Of a stretch of 64,000 bases of DNA, positions 1 through 8,366 are shown one piece after another. Origin of the DNA: Sulfurimonas sp. GTDB lineage: Bacteria > Campylobacterota > Campylobacteria > Campylobacterales > Sulfurimonadaceae. Positions within the stretch are counted from its first letter, which is position 1, and the number at the start of each line of letters is the position of its first letter. The notes under the pieces are model-generated. The model was not told the origin of the DNA and made no database searches. It saw only the letters and a list, made by a program, of their open reading frames with translations. Both the position numbers and the translations under genes were made by a program. The stretch covers positions 19,048 to 83,047 of the forward strand of contig JALUWV010000025.1 of assembly GCA_027019335.1 (NCBI GenBank), given 5' to 3'.

Positions 1-1514
1 TGTGCGGTATTTGTATATATATTATTTCCATCTTCGTTAAATACGACTACTTGGTCAAATTCACGGTACATACTTGCCGAAGGTTGGTGAATGTTGATTA
101 TGATGATTTTGTTTCGCAAGGTAATTTGTTTGAGTTCTTGAATAATATTTTCACTATCTAAGGATGAAAGTCCACTTGTTGGTTCATCCATTAAGATTAA
201 ATCAACATCCTTTAAGAGTTCAAGAGCAATATTGAGTCTTTTTCTTTGCCCTCCTGAAATTGTGTACTTTCCATTTTTAAAAACAGGACTATGCTTAATC
301 TCAATGATGCCAAGATTGCGAAGTTGCTTAGAGATGAGTTTGTCCACATCTGCATCACTTGCTTGCTTCCCAAAATGGAGACGGTAATAGTAGTACATAT
401 TGTCATATACATTCAAATCTTTGATGAGAACATCATCTTGGGGGACATACCCTATGCGGTGAAAATAGTTTTGCGATATGTTTTCATTGTTGATAAGGAG
501 TTCTCCTTGTAACTTTTTTGCTTGGTTTACAAATGTTCTCAGCAGGGTTGTTTTCCCTGAACCAGAAGGACCCATAATCGCTACAAGTTCCCCTTCTTGC
601 ACATTAAAGTTTACATTTTTCACGATTGCCTTGTTTTTACTATATCCAGCAGATAAATCTTTTGCTTTTATGTTGTAAATATGGTCTTTGACGATAGAAC
701 AGTTAAAATTATCTCTCGTTTTGTAGATAATCTCTGAAACTAAAAATTGGATGGGTGTTTCTTTGGAAAAGAGTTTGATAAGTACATTTATATCGAGATA
801 AATAACTTCTTTCTCATTTGTTATACGTATAAAACTCTCTTCGTTGATATAGTAGATAGAATGATTACGGATGGGATGATTGGCAAAAGAGAAGGACTCT
901 TCTTTAAACTCTTGGCATTTTTCATAGAGAGAGAGCTGTTTTTTGTTTTTATAACTGTATATATGGAGGGATTCACTTTCGTTGTTTAAAAGGAGAAAAA
1001 AATCATCAATCTTGAAAATAATAAAACTTACTTTATAGGCTTGAAAAGATTGGTTGAGTTCGCTTTTTGCAGATTGGTCAAAGCAGATAAAATCCATATT
1101 GTTCGCATGTTTTGCAATGGTTGTATGTGCCTTATGATACTTTTTACTCATAAGGAGGTACAAAATATCGTACAAATAGGGGAGTTCGAGTTGTATATAA
1201 ACCTCTTTGAGTGCTTCTATCTGTTTTTTGTTGATTTTTTCTTTATGAATATTTTTAAGCATTATGACCATAAAAAGATTGATAAGGATGATATACTTTT
1301 TTGATGGTGTAAGTTCTTTGAGGTAACGGATAATATCTTCTAAAGAGATATCTTTGGCAAACTCATCAAACTCTTCGATTGACATCTTTATATCTGCATC
1401 ACTATGCCCTTCAACAAGGCGTTTTGCGGCTAAGAGAACATCACTTGTAGTAAGTGTTCCACTTATTTGTGCTATTTCAATCCAAAGTTTGTAAATGTAG
1501 GCTAGGTTATTCAT
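1..1514 (-). CDS. ABCG/White-type ABC transporter ATP-binding protein with N-terminal TerB-like helical extension (partial; runs off left edge; absent from ORF track)
   Basis: Hand translation from ATG at 1514 (MNNLAYIYKLWIEIAQISG...) is open to position 1. Walker A GPSGSGKTT (~546-572), Q-loop GYVPQDD, signature ISGGQRKR, Walker B LILMDEPTSGL, H-loop NIHQPS. Confidence 0.9.
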   Translation of the reverse strand, partial: MNNLAYIYKLWIEIAQISGTLTTSDVLLAAKRLVEGHSDADIKMSIEEFDEFAKDISLEDIIRYLKELTPSKKYIILINLFMVIMLKNIHKEKINKKQIEALKEVYIQLELPYLYDILYLLMSKKYHKAHTTIAKHANNMDFICFDQSAKSELNQSFQAYKVSFIIFKIDDFFLLLNNESESLHIYSYKNKKQLSLYEKCQEFKEESFSFANHPIRNHSIYYINEESFIRITNEKEVIYLDINVLIKLFSKETPIQFLVSEIIYKTRDNFNCSIVKDHIYNIKAKDLSAGYSKNKAIVKNVNFNVQEGELVAIMGPSGSGKTTLLRTFVNQAKKLQGELLINNENISQNYFHRIGYVPQDDVLIKDLNVYDNMYYYYRLHFGKQASDADVDKLISKQLRNLGIIEIKHSPVFKNGKYTISGGQRKRLNIALELLKDVDLILMDEPTSGLSSLDSENIIQELKQITLRNKIIIINIHQPSASMYREFDQVVVFNEDGNNIYTNTA

Positions 1515-1548
1515 AACATTATTATAGCTAATATTTTAGAAGAAAGTG

Positions 1549-1569
1549 ACTAATCCCAAAGGGATTAGT
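1549..1569 (-). terminator. Stem-loop overlapping the MMPL stop codon, possible weak terminator
   Basis: ACTAATCCC-AAA-GGGATTAGT, a 9-bp perfect stem; followed on the minus strand by pyrimidine-rich CACTTTCTTCT. Confidence 0.45.
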
Positions 1570-4333
1570 TTTTACCAAAGACATATTTTGGTTTGAGCCA
1601 AAATATAATCAGAGGGAGAATCGTAAGAGAGGTAAATACATCAATGAGAATTGCTTCAGTAATATATGCTGAAACCCCCCAAGTATTTCCAAGTGTAGTT
1701 GCCATAAGTGGGATAAATGCACCTACTAAAATAACAACAGAAATAAGAACGGAAGAACCTGTTGTTGCGATGGTATTTTTAAGGGCTGTAAACCAATCGC
1801 CATGTTCTTCTAGCTCTTCACGAAGTCGTGCTATCATATAGATACTATAATCAACACCGAGTCCCATCGAGATAGAGAGAGCGATGAGGTTTGCAAAGTG
1901 TAAATTTCCACTCCAAAACTGAAGTGATGTGTAGTAACCAGCCATACCATACTGTGCAAAGAGTGTGATAAAGAGTAACACAGTTAACGCTCCAGAGATG
2001 ATAAATGAACGGAAGATTAAAGTAACCACGATGAAAATTGCAAGGGCTGTTCCAAGTGGATTGTAGAGCCAGTTATCATAAGTCACTTCACGAGTTGCTT
2101 CTGTAGCCCCTAAGAATCCACCAACACCTGGTTTTACATAGCTTAGTTTTGTATCATCTGCTATAGGACCTTTATCCCCAGAAGCATCGGCATTTCTAAA
2201 GCCAAACTCAAGTTGATTCATTCCTGGGTCATTTTTATGCTTTTCAATGTAATTTTGAATAAATAGCATTGCCTCATGTGTTTCTTTTGGATGCATTGTG
2301 TTGATAAAGCCCATGATAACACCTGTGTTATAATCTTGTGTTGTCATAGAAGCTAAATCACCTGGACTTGAAGCGGCATCAAGGAGTCCATTATAAAGTT
2401 GCACGATTTCATCAGGCGAACGGTCATCGCTTGCATCTTTTGCATGTAAAAATTGTGTTGTTGGTATTTGGAAGTCTTTGAGACTTGGTTGATTCCCTGC
2501 TTCTGTCATCAAAATCATGTTCGCAATTTTAACATACTGTGCATACGAAGCGGTAAAACCGATAAATTTATTTTTACGTAAATCATCTTCCATTGTATCC
2601 ATTGCTTTTAAAACGGTAGCATTGTTTAAGATACCTTGTGGTGCATCTTCTTCTGGGTCAAAACAGTTTTTAGCAGGGGGTGTTGTCCCTGCTTCATCAG
2701 CAGCATCAAGGGCATCATAGTAATCATCATCACACTCTGCAAGGAGTGGTTTTTTCCCACGGATAGGGATGTTAAATGAGATAACCCCTGGCATCATTGT
2801 GTTGAGTTTAAAGATATCTTGTACAGGTTGTGAATAAACTTTAAATGCTGCTTGTGCATAGTCGATTCCCTTCTCAACCCCTGGCATTAAGTCAAGCTCA
2901 TCACCACGGAGTACTTTTTGTACTTTTTCCATTCCACTATATTTTGTTGAAGAAACAATATTTTTGATACCTTCATCAATTTTTGTATAGTGAACAGAGA
3001 CAGCGATAATGATAGCAACAAGTGCAAGTGGAATAACTTTTCCATAGCCTGTAAGCATTTTTGCCAAGATATATCCAAACTTCTCTTCCCATTTATAGCC
3101 TTCTGGTGCAGCTTTTTTACTTTTATCTTGAAACATTTGCATCATGAGAGGAATCATGGTTGTTGTTGTTAAGAGTAAAGAGAACATTCCAAACATACCA
3201 AAGTATGCATAGGCTTTATAGAATGAGATGTCCACAGAAGCCAGTGTCGCAAAACCGATAGCATCGGTAACGATAGAGAGTGTTGCAGGAATAATTGTAT
3301 ATCCAAGTGCATTATAACTCGCATCTTCTACACTCTCTCCATCACGAATAGACTTCATGTAACGCCGTGTTATCTGTATGGCATGACCCATACCAACGGC
3401 TAGAATGAGCATAGGTGTTAAAACAACCATCGTTGTGAGTTTGAAGCCTGAAAAGCCCATAATCCCTAAAGTCCAAACGATACTCATCCCAACACCTATG
3501 AGTGGAAAAAGTGCGCCTTTGAGTGAACGAGTTTCTATAAAGAGGATGATAAACGCAATGACAATAGAAAGGACGAAAAGGTACCAATGATTGAGAAGTT
3601 CAACCATCATCCAAGATAAAAAGTAGGGTTCACCCGCTATAGTAATGTTAATTCTATCATCATCATAGTAGGGTGCTAAGTCTGCCACAACTTGACGAAC
3701 CCAAGAAACATAATGTGGTTTGATTTCGTCAGAGTAATCAGCAATCACAAAAGTAGCTTTTGCGACACAGCCTGTTTCATTGTTAGTGCATTTTTCACCC
3801 GTTTTTGGATCAACTTCATGAATAATCATCGGCTTGAGTACAGGGTTTGCATCGAGTCCTGCTTTCATAAAGTCAAGTTCTTGTTTTGCAACAATAGGGT
3901 CTGTTGTGGAGATACCATTGTTTGGAATAAGGCGTTTAAATGAAAGGCTTCCCTCTTCATCTACACCCATGTTTTTAACTTTATCGGCTGCTATAGAGAT
4001 GAAGTTTGCTTTGTTAGCACCTTCCATATTTTCGAGTTTTTTGTGAATTTCACGGACTATGTTTACAAACCATGGTTGGTAGATAGAACCTTCTTTAACT
4101 TCAACACCGACAACAAAGAGATTTCCCATGCCAAATGTAGAATCTGCAAATGCATTGGTTGCTACATAGCGATTTGATTGAGGGAGGAGTGTGTCTGGGT
4201 CATTACGTATATCTACATACTGAATATACCATGCACTAAATGCAGTGATAATCAAAGAAGAGATAAAAAGGAGCCATCTATTTTTGATAGCAAACGTGGC
4301 ATATCTAAATGAGAAACTTGTTTTTTGTTTCAT
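1565..4333 (-). CDS. MMPL/RND-family inner-membrane transporter
   Basis: 922 aa with two repeats of TM + periplasmic domain + 5 TM. Motifs DPDTLLP, ITIAGEP, PATLSIVTDAIGFATL, SMGLGVDYSIY and VFTSLTILPLII are typical of MMPL/YdfJ-type RND proteins. Confidence 0.9.
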   Translation of the reverse strand: MKQKTSFSFRYATFAIKNRWLLFISSLIITAFSAWYIQYVDIRNDPDTLLPQSNRYVATNAFADSTFGMGNLFVVGVEVKEGSIYQPWFVNIVREIHKKLENMEGANKANFISIAADKVKNMGVDEEGSLSFKRLIPNNGISTTDPIVAKQELDFMKAGLDANPVLKPMIIHEVDPKTGEKCTNNETGCVAKATFVIADYSDEIKPHYVSWVRQVVADLAPYYDDDRINITIAGEPYFLSWMMVELLNHWYLFVLSIVIAFIILFIETRSLKGALFPLIGVGMSIVWTLGIMGFSGFKLTTMVVLTPMLILAVGMGHAIQITRRYMKSIRDGESVEDASYNALGYTIIPATLSIVTDAIGFATLASVDISFYKAYAYFGMFGMFSLLLTTTTMIPLMMQMFQDKSKKAAPEGYKWEEKFGYILAKMLTGYGKVIPLALVAIIIAVSVHYTKIDEGIKNIVSSTKYSGMEKVQKVLRGDELDLMPGVEKGIDYAQAAFKVYSQPVQDIFKLNTMMPGVISFNIPIRGKKPLLAECDDDYYDALDAADEAGTTPPAKNCFDPEEDAPQGILNNATVLKAMDTMEDDLRKNKFIGFTASYAQYVKIANMILMTEAGNQPSLKDFQIPTTQFLHAKDASDDRSPDEIVQLYNGLLDAASSPGDLASMTTQDYNTGVIMGFINTMHPKETHEAMLFIQNYIEKHKNDPGMNQLEFGFRNADASGDKGPIADDTKLSYVKPGVGGFLGATEATREVTYDNWLYNPLGTALAIFIVVTLIFRSFIISGALTVLLFITLFAQYGMAGYYTSLQFWSGNLHFANLIALSISMGLGVDYSIYMIARLREELEEHGDWFTALKNTIATTGSSVLISVVILVGAFIPLMATTLGNTWGVSAYITEAILIDVFTSLTILPLIIFWLKPKYVFGKN

Positions 4334-4349
4334 TGTATTTTCCTATGTA

Positions 4350-4374
4350 TCTGTAGAACAGAGTGTTCTACAGA
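4350..4374. other. Intra-operon stem-loop between the barrel gene and the MMPL gene
   Basis: TCTGTAGAACA-GAG-TGTTCTACAGA, an 11-bp perfect stem with no U-tract, just upstream of the MMPL RBS (AGGA). Confidence 0.6.
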
Positions 4375-4392
4375 AGTGTGAGATAGTTTGGA

Positions 4393-6342
4393 TTAGAAGA
4401 TGTATTTAAATCCAAGTTGCATATTTGAAGAGTTTGCCATTTGTCCAAAGACACCAAAGTCATCTCCACCGTAAAGATTAAGTGCGCCTGTTAAGACAAT
4501 ATCATCTGAGTAAGAGTACTCAAAGTCAAGTCTATCCCAGTACCCGCCATTGTCATTTTCTAAAAGAACGATGTTATTTACACGCAGTGCATCACCCTCC
4601 AAGAAAGGACGAGATAAGAAAAATGTGTACATAATTTGATGCTCTTCTGCTTTTTTGAAACCATTTGCAAGACTCATAGTCGCTGGGTTTGCAGTGTGTT
4701 TGCTGTACGCACGAGAGTCTCCAGCATATTGTACATTTTCATCTACATAATCAAGATTCCATTTATCCATAAACTGAAAACTCATAAATAAGTTTCGCAT
4801 AACTGTCATATCTAAACCAACAACATAGTTTAAGAAGTCTGCTTTTTTGTTTGTAAAAGCACCTGCTAAATCACCATAAGCAAGTTTTCCAAGGTCAACG
4901 ATAGGTTGGAGTGTTCCTTTGTCATAAACAATCTCACTACGAACGATGACAGGAGCAAAGTCATTATCGATAGCATAGTCAAATGAAGTACCAAAAGAGT
5001 TTACACGGTTTTGTTTTTCTGTGAAGACCATTGTTGCTCCACCTTGCGCTCCTGCCCCTGTTGGATTATATGCTGCCCGAGTTACTGCATCAACAAGGCT
5101 TATAGTCGCAGTATTTGTTGCTGCATCAACAGTAGTAACTGCATCTAAAGCTTGTCCATTTGCACCTTCCCAAGAAATATCAAATACAGGATTATTATCA
5201 TAGTGGTAGTAGTAATTAAATGTATAGTTTAAGCCTATGTCATCATTTGTCCCTGCATATTTAAAGCCTATATTTCCATTTTTAAAGTCATTATTTGGAT
5301 GTTTTTTTACATATTTTGTTTTAAGACCAATAAATGCATCAAAGGTTCCAAAAGTAGTGTCTCCCATATAGTCAAACATAGTTGTCGGGTTGTCAGTATT
5401 TAAAGTTCCACCAAATAGATTAGTTGTAGCTCCTGTTCCTTGAACTGTTTGTGCGAGTACATCGTTTCCTGAAACACCAGCCCCACCAGCATTGGGATTT
5501 GCTGCATACTGTGCTACTGTTGTAGTTTGTCCAAGGAGTGCATCTCCTAGCGGTAATCCAAAGCCAGCAGAAAATGCGGCATCAAATGCTCCTGCAACTG
5601 CTCCTAAATCTGGACCTATATTATAAAATCCATTATACTGTCCAAAAAGAGTATCTGTTCCAAGTGGAACAAATTGTTGTCCTTGGTCACCAGTTTCAGG
5701 GTTATAAAGTCCTGGGATTTGGTTCGTTACATTGACTTGTGGGACATAAATCATTTGGAATGAACTATCGTCATCTATGGCATACTCTGCGTTTAACATC
5801 CATAATGCTATACGGCTATCCTCCATAGAGTCTTGACCCCAGTGACGGAAGTCTGTTGGGTTGATGATGTCAAGAAATTTTACACCATCCGCTTTTCCCC
5901 ATACTACTTGTTGCTTACCGATTCGTAAACTCAAATCATCATTGACTGCGACATCCATATAAAGTTCGCGTAACCAATCATACTGTGAGTTTATGCGTGT
6001 CTTGTCATAACCATCTATCGCTGCCCAATCTCTACTAAAATCAAGCTCACCATGCCAACTAACATCATCGGAGAGTTCTTGATTAAGATAAAGTTTTGCT
6101 CGAACTTCAGCTAAACTTTTTGTCCCGATATTATGTCTTTGATTACTTCCATCTGCATTTTTGAGTGGGTTGTGTGTTTCACCTGCTTTCATGTAAGCAC
6201 CATAATTACCGAGTAATTCACCAGAGATATCGATTGGAAATTCATACTCTTCATCGGCATCTACATCATCTGCTAGTGCAAATGATGGGAGTGCTAAAAG
6301 TGCTACTGACGCGAGAGAGAGTGCTATTTTGTTCATTTTCAT
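4393..6342 (-). CDS. Outer-membrane beta-barrel protein, DUF1302-like
   Basis: Sec signal peptide; LRELYMD...LRIGKQQVVWGKADG..LDIINP motif of DUF1302-like barrels; C-terminal aromatic BAM signature LGFKYIF. Confidence 0.8.
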   Translation of the reverse strand: MKMNKIALSLASVALLALPSFALADDVDADEEYEFPIDISGELLGNYGAYMKAGETHNPLKNADGSNQRHNIGTKSLAEVRAKLYLNQELSDDVSWHGELDFSRDWAAIDGYDKTRINSQYDWLRELYMDVAVNDDLSLRIGKQQVVWGKADGVKFLDIINPTDFRHWGQDSMEDSRIALWMLNAEYAIDDDSSFQMIYVPQVNVTNQIPGLYNPETGDQGQQFVPLGTDTLFGQYNGFYNIGPDLGAVAGAFDAAFSAGFGLPLGDALLGQTTTVAQYAANPNAGGAGVSGNDVLAQTVQGTGATTNLFGGTLNTDNPTTMFDYMGDTTFGTFDAFIGLKTKYVKKHPNNDFKNGNIGFKYAGTNDDIGLNYTFNYYYHYDNNPVFDISWEGANGQALDAVTTVDAATNTATISLVDAVTRAAYNPTGAGAQGGATMVFTEKQNRVNSFGTSFDYAIDNDFAPVIVRSEIVYDKGTLQPIVDLGKLAYGDLAGAFTNKKADFLNYVVGLDMTVMRNLFMSFQFMDKWNLDYVDENVQYAGDSRAYSKHTANPATMSLANGFKKAEEHQIMYTFFLSRPFLEGDALRVNNIVLLENDNGGYWDRLDFEYSYSDDIVLTGALNLYGGDDFGVFGQMANSSNMQLGFKYIF

Positions 6343-6352
6343 CTTCTAATCC

Positions 6353-7312
6353 TTACTTTTTAATTTTAGTAAGTGTTTTTTTAGACCATAACTTACTTTT
6401 TAGGTGTGTGTTGAATTTTGTAACTTTTTTTGGAATGTAAGCCATTGTTTCATGTCCTGTTTCCATTGTTTTTGCATACCAAGTAAACCAACGCAATGCA
6501 CGAGGGTCTTTTTGTCCTTCTATGGCTTTCCAGTTTTTCTCAAGTATTTTGACTAATTTGCCATTTTTATAGTACTCTGTAAGATAATCGGAAAAGTTTT
6601 TTGTATCTACATAAGTGATACGGTAGTCATACCACCAACCAGAAAATTTTGTTGTACTTTTTACTTTATAAACTTTTCTGTTTTTATAATCATCTGTACC
6701 AGTAGGGAGTTTTTTCGTTGTACGTGTTTGTAAATCTTTAGGAATTACAAGGACATGGACACGTTTACCAAATGTTTCTGTGCCGAGGAGTTCATGTTTT
6801 TCATGCATAGGTTTACGAAGTGTCACATCACCAAATGTAAAGTCTGTTCCACCCCAAGCATCATCATGTGCAGGCTGTGCAAAACGACGAATCTTACGAA
6901 GAGCTGGTAACCAAACAAGGTACTCTTGAGAACGTGCATCATCTTTATAGTCAGTAATGAGCATCCCTGTTCCTTTCATCTTTCCAGAACGGAAAATCGC
7001 AAGGTCTTTTGCTTTGACAGTTGGATTGTCAAGGTAATCATTGTTTAAGTAACGCTCAACTGTATCTGTAAGTGGTTTTTTCCCTTCAGATTTTTTAACA
7101 AGTACGGTAATAGTACGTCGCTTCTTTTCAATAGAGTAGTTTTTAAATGCATAAAAGTGATTGACAAAATACACATTATCCATGATAGCCGTAGCATCTT
7201 TTAACTCTCCTTTTGGATAGGCTAAATTGGTAGGAACTCCACCAAATAAACTACTAGTAAGAAGCGTTGAAAGTGCTCCTACAGCCATCAATTTTGTTTT
7301 GAGATTTAACAT
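6353..7312 (-). CDS. Periplasmic LolA-like 'outer membrane lipoprotein-sorting' protein (DUF1329-like)
   Basis: Signal peptide without lipobox Cys; motifs KGTGMLITDY...YLVWLPALRKIRR...WGGTDFTFGD and EYYKNGKLVK; very Lys-rich. Confidence 0.8.
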   Translation of the reverse strand: MLNLKTKLMAVGALSTLLTSSLFGGVPTNLAYPKGELKDATAIMDNVYFVNHFYAFKNYSIEKKRRTITVLVKKSEGKKPLTDTVERYLNNDYLDNPTVKAKDLAIFRSGKMKGTGMLITDYKDDARSQEYLVWLPALRKIRRFAQPAHDDAWGGTDFTFGDVTLRKPMHEKHELLGTETFGKRVHVLVIPKDLQTRTTKKLPTGTDDYKNRKVYKVKSTTKFSGWWYDYRITYVDTKNFSDYLTEYYKNGKLVKILEKNWKAIEGQKDPRALRWFTWYAKTMETGHETMAYIPKKVTKFNTHLKSKLWSKKTLTKIKK

Positions 7313-7327
7313 TTTGACTCCTTAACA

Positions 7328-7471
7328 TTGTGACTTTTAAGATTTAAGTTAAAATATTTTTTTATAATAAAATAACTGAAGTCACAAACATGTCACAACT
7401 ATAGTGGAAGTAATATTAAAATACTCTTAAAGTTAAGTTATTAAAAATAATAATGTGACATATGTGTAACA
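7328..7471. promoter_or_regulatory. Repeated TGTGAC(A) boxes in the divergent promoter region; putative regulator sites
   Basis: GTCACAA at 7381 and 7392 (11-bp period); TGTGACA at 7454 and TGTAACA at 7465 (11-bp period, opposite orientation); TTGTGACTT at 7328-7336 is inverted relative to AAGTCACAA at 7379-7387. Confidence 0.6.
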
Positions 7472-7550
7472 AATGTTATATTATTATTTTTAAGTATAGA
7501 AAAATAAAATACTAAATATAGAATTAAGTTATATTTAAACTCTTTTGCCT

Positions 7551-7608
7551 TATAATTTCATTAAGCAATGAGTACATTGCAAATAATATATTTTATAAAT
7601 ACAAAGGA
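7551..7608 (+). promoter_or_regulatory. sigma70 -10 box, 5'-UTR hairpin and RBS of the 98-aa gene
   Basis: TATAAT at 7551-7556; GCAATG-AGTA-CATTGC hairpin at 7565-7580; AAGGA at 7604-7608 before ATG 7615. Confidence 0.6.
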
Positions 7609-7614
7609 TTTTAC

Positions 7615-7911
7615 ATGGCAACAAACAAATTAGTAGATATCGCAGAAGCACAAATGGACGCAACAGAAGCAACAGTAGTAAATGCATTGACTGCATTAGA
7701 TACTCAAATCACTTCGGCTCGTGAAATTGGTTCTGATAAAGCAAAAGTTATCGTAAGCGGTTTTGGTGGTGAAACTAAAATGGCTGAGTTAATCGAAAAA
7801 TTAGCTGGTTATATGGGTGAAGCTGCTGGTGCTGGTATGGCTGTTGGTTCAGCTCCAATGGTAATCATGGCAGGTGCTGCTAAAGGTGTTTACAAAAAAA
7901 TTACTGAATAG
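7615..7911 (+). CDS. Small Ala/Gly-rich hypothetical protein (98 aa), probably highly expressed
   Basis: Own -10, good RBS and strong terminator; codon bias (GGT for every Gly, GCT/GCA, AAA, CGT); C-terminal GxxxG series. Confidence 0.85.
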   Translation: MATNKLVDIAEAQMDATEATVVNALTALDTQITSAREIGSDKAKVIVSGFGGETKMAELIEKLAGYMGEAAGAGMAVGSAPMVIMAGAAKGVYKKITE

Positions 7912-7934
7912 TTTTTAACTTTTTCCCTTTTCTC

Positions 7935-7971
7935 AAAGCCTAAAGTGATTTTCACTTTGGGCTTTTTTTTT
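7935..7971 (+). terminator. Rho-independent terminator of the 98-aa gene
   Basis: AAAGCCTAAAGTGA-TTT-TCACTTTGGGCTTT stem running into a 9-T tract. Confidence 0.9.
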
Positions 7972-7979
7972 GCCTTTTT

Positions 7980-8366
7980 TTAGTGCATGATACTTTTTAC
8001 GATATAAAAACCACTACCCGCCATAAAAACAGTTCCAAAAACATTCAGTGACATATTGAGAAGTGCGAGTGTGATACTTCCTGCTTGTAACATCAAAAAA
8101 CTCTCTATCGCAAAAGTAGAGTAGGTTGTTAATGCTCCTAAAAAACCTGTCGTGAGGAATGATTTTGCATGCACAGAAAAAAGCGTAGAGTACATAAAGT
8201 ATGAGACAAGCAAGCCCATTATAAAACTTCCAATGAGATTGACTCCCATTGTACCAAATGGGAGTTCATGGGGAACTTTAGAAGAGATAAGCCCATTGAG
8301 ATAAGCTCTTGAAATAGCCCCTACGAAACCACCACTACCTATGGCTAAGAGTGTTTGCCAACTCAT
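7980..8366 (-). CDS. crcB: Fluoride efflux channel CrcB/FluC
   Basis: GGFVGAISR, PFGTMGVNLIGSF, TTGFLGALTTYSTF. Three tandem ATGs (8366/8369/8372) make the start ambiguous. Confidence 0.95.
   Translation of the reverse strand: MSWQTLLAIGSGGFVGAISRAYLNGLISSKVPHELPFGTMGVNLIGSFIMGLLVSYFMYSTLFSVHAKSFLTTGFLGALTTYSTFAIESFLMLQAGSITLALLNMSLNVFGTVFMAGSGFYIVKSIMH

Noticed and set aside
212-1304. Short ORFs listed at 212-412, 291-512, 478-678, 747-989 and 1041-1304
   Set aside because: They are antisense or off-frame shadows of the long minus-strand ABCG gene starting at 1514.
7328-7471. CRP/FNR site reading of the TGTGA words
   Set aside because: No TGTGA-N6-TCACA spacing is present; the copies are arranged as 11-bp direct repeats.
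7747-7773. VSGFGG as a double-glycine bacteriocin leader in the 98-aa protein
   Set aside because: It lacks the ELxxxxL..GG consensus, and no C39 peptidase transporter is visible in the window.
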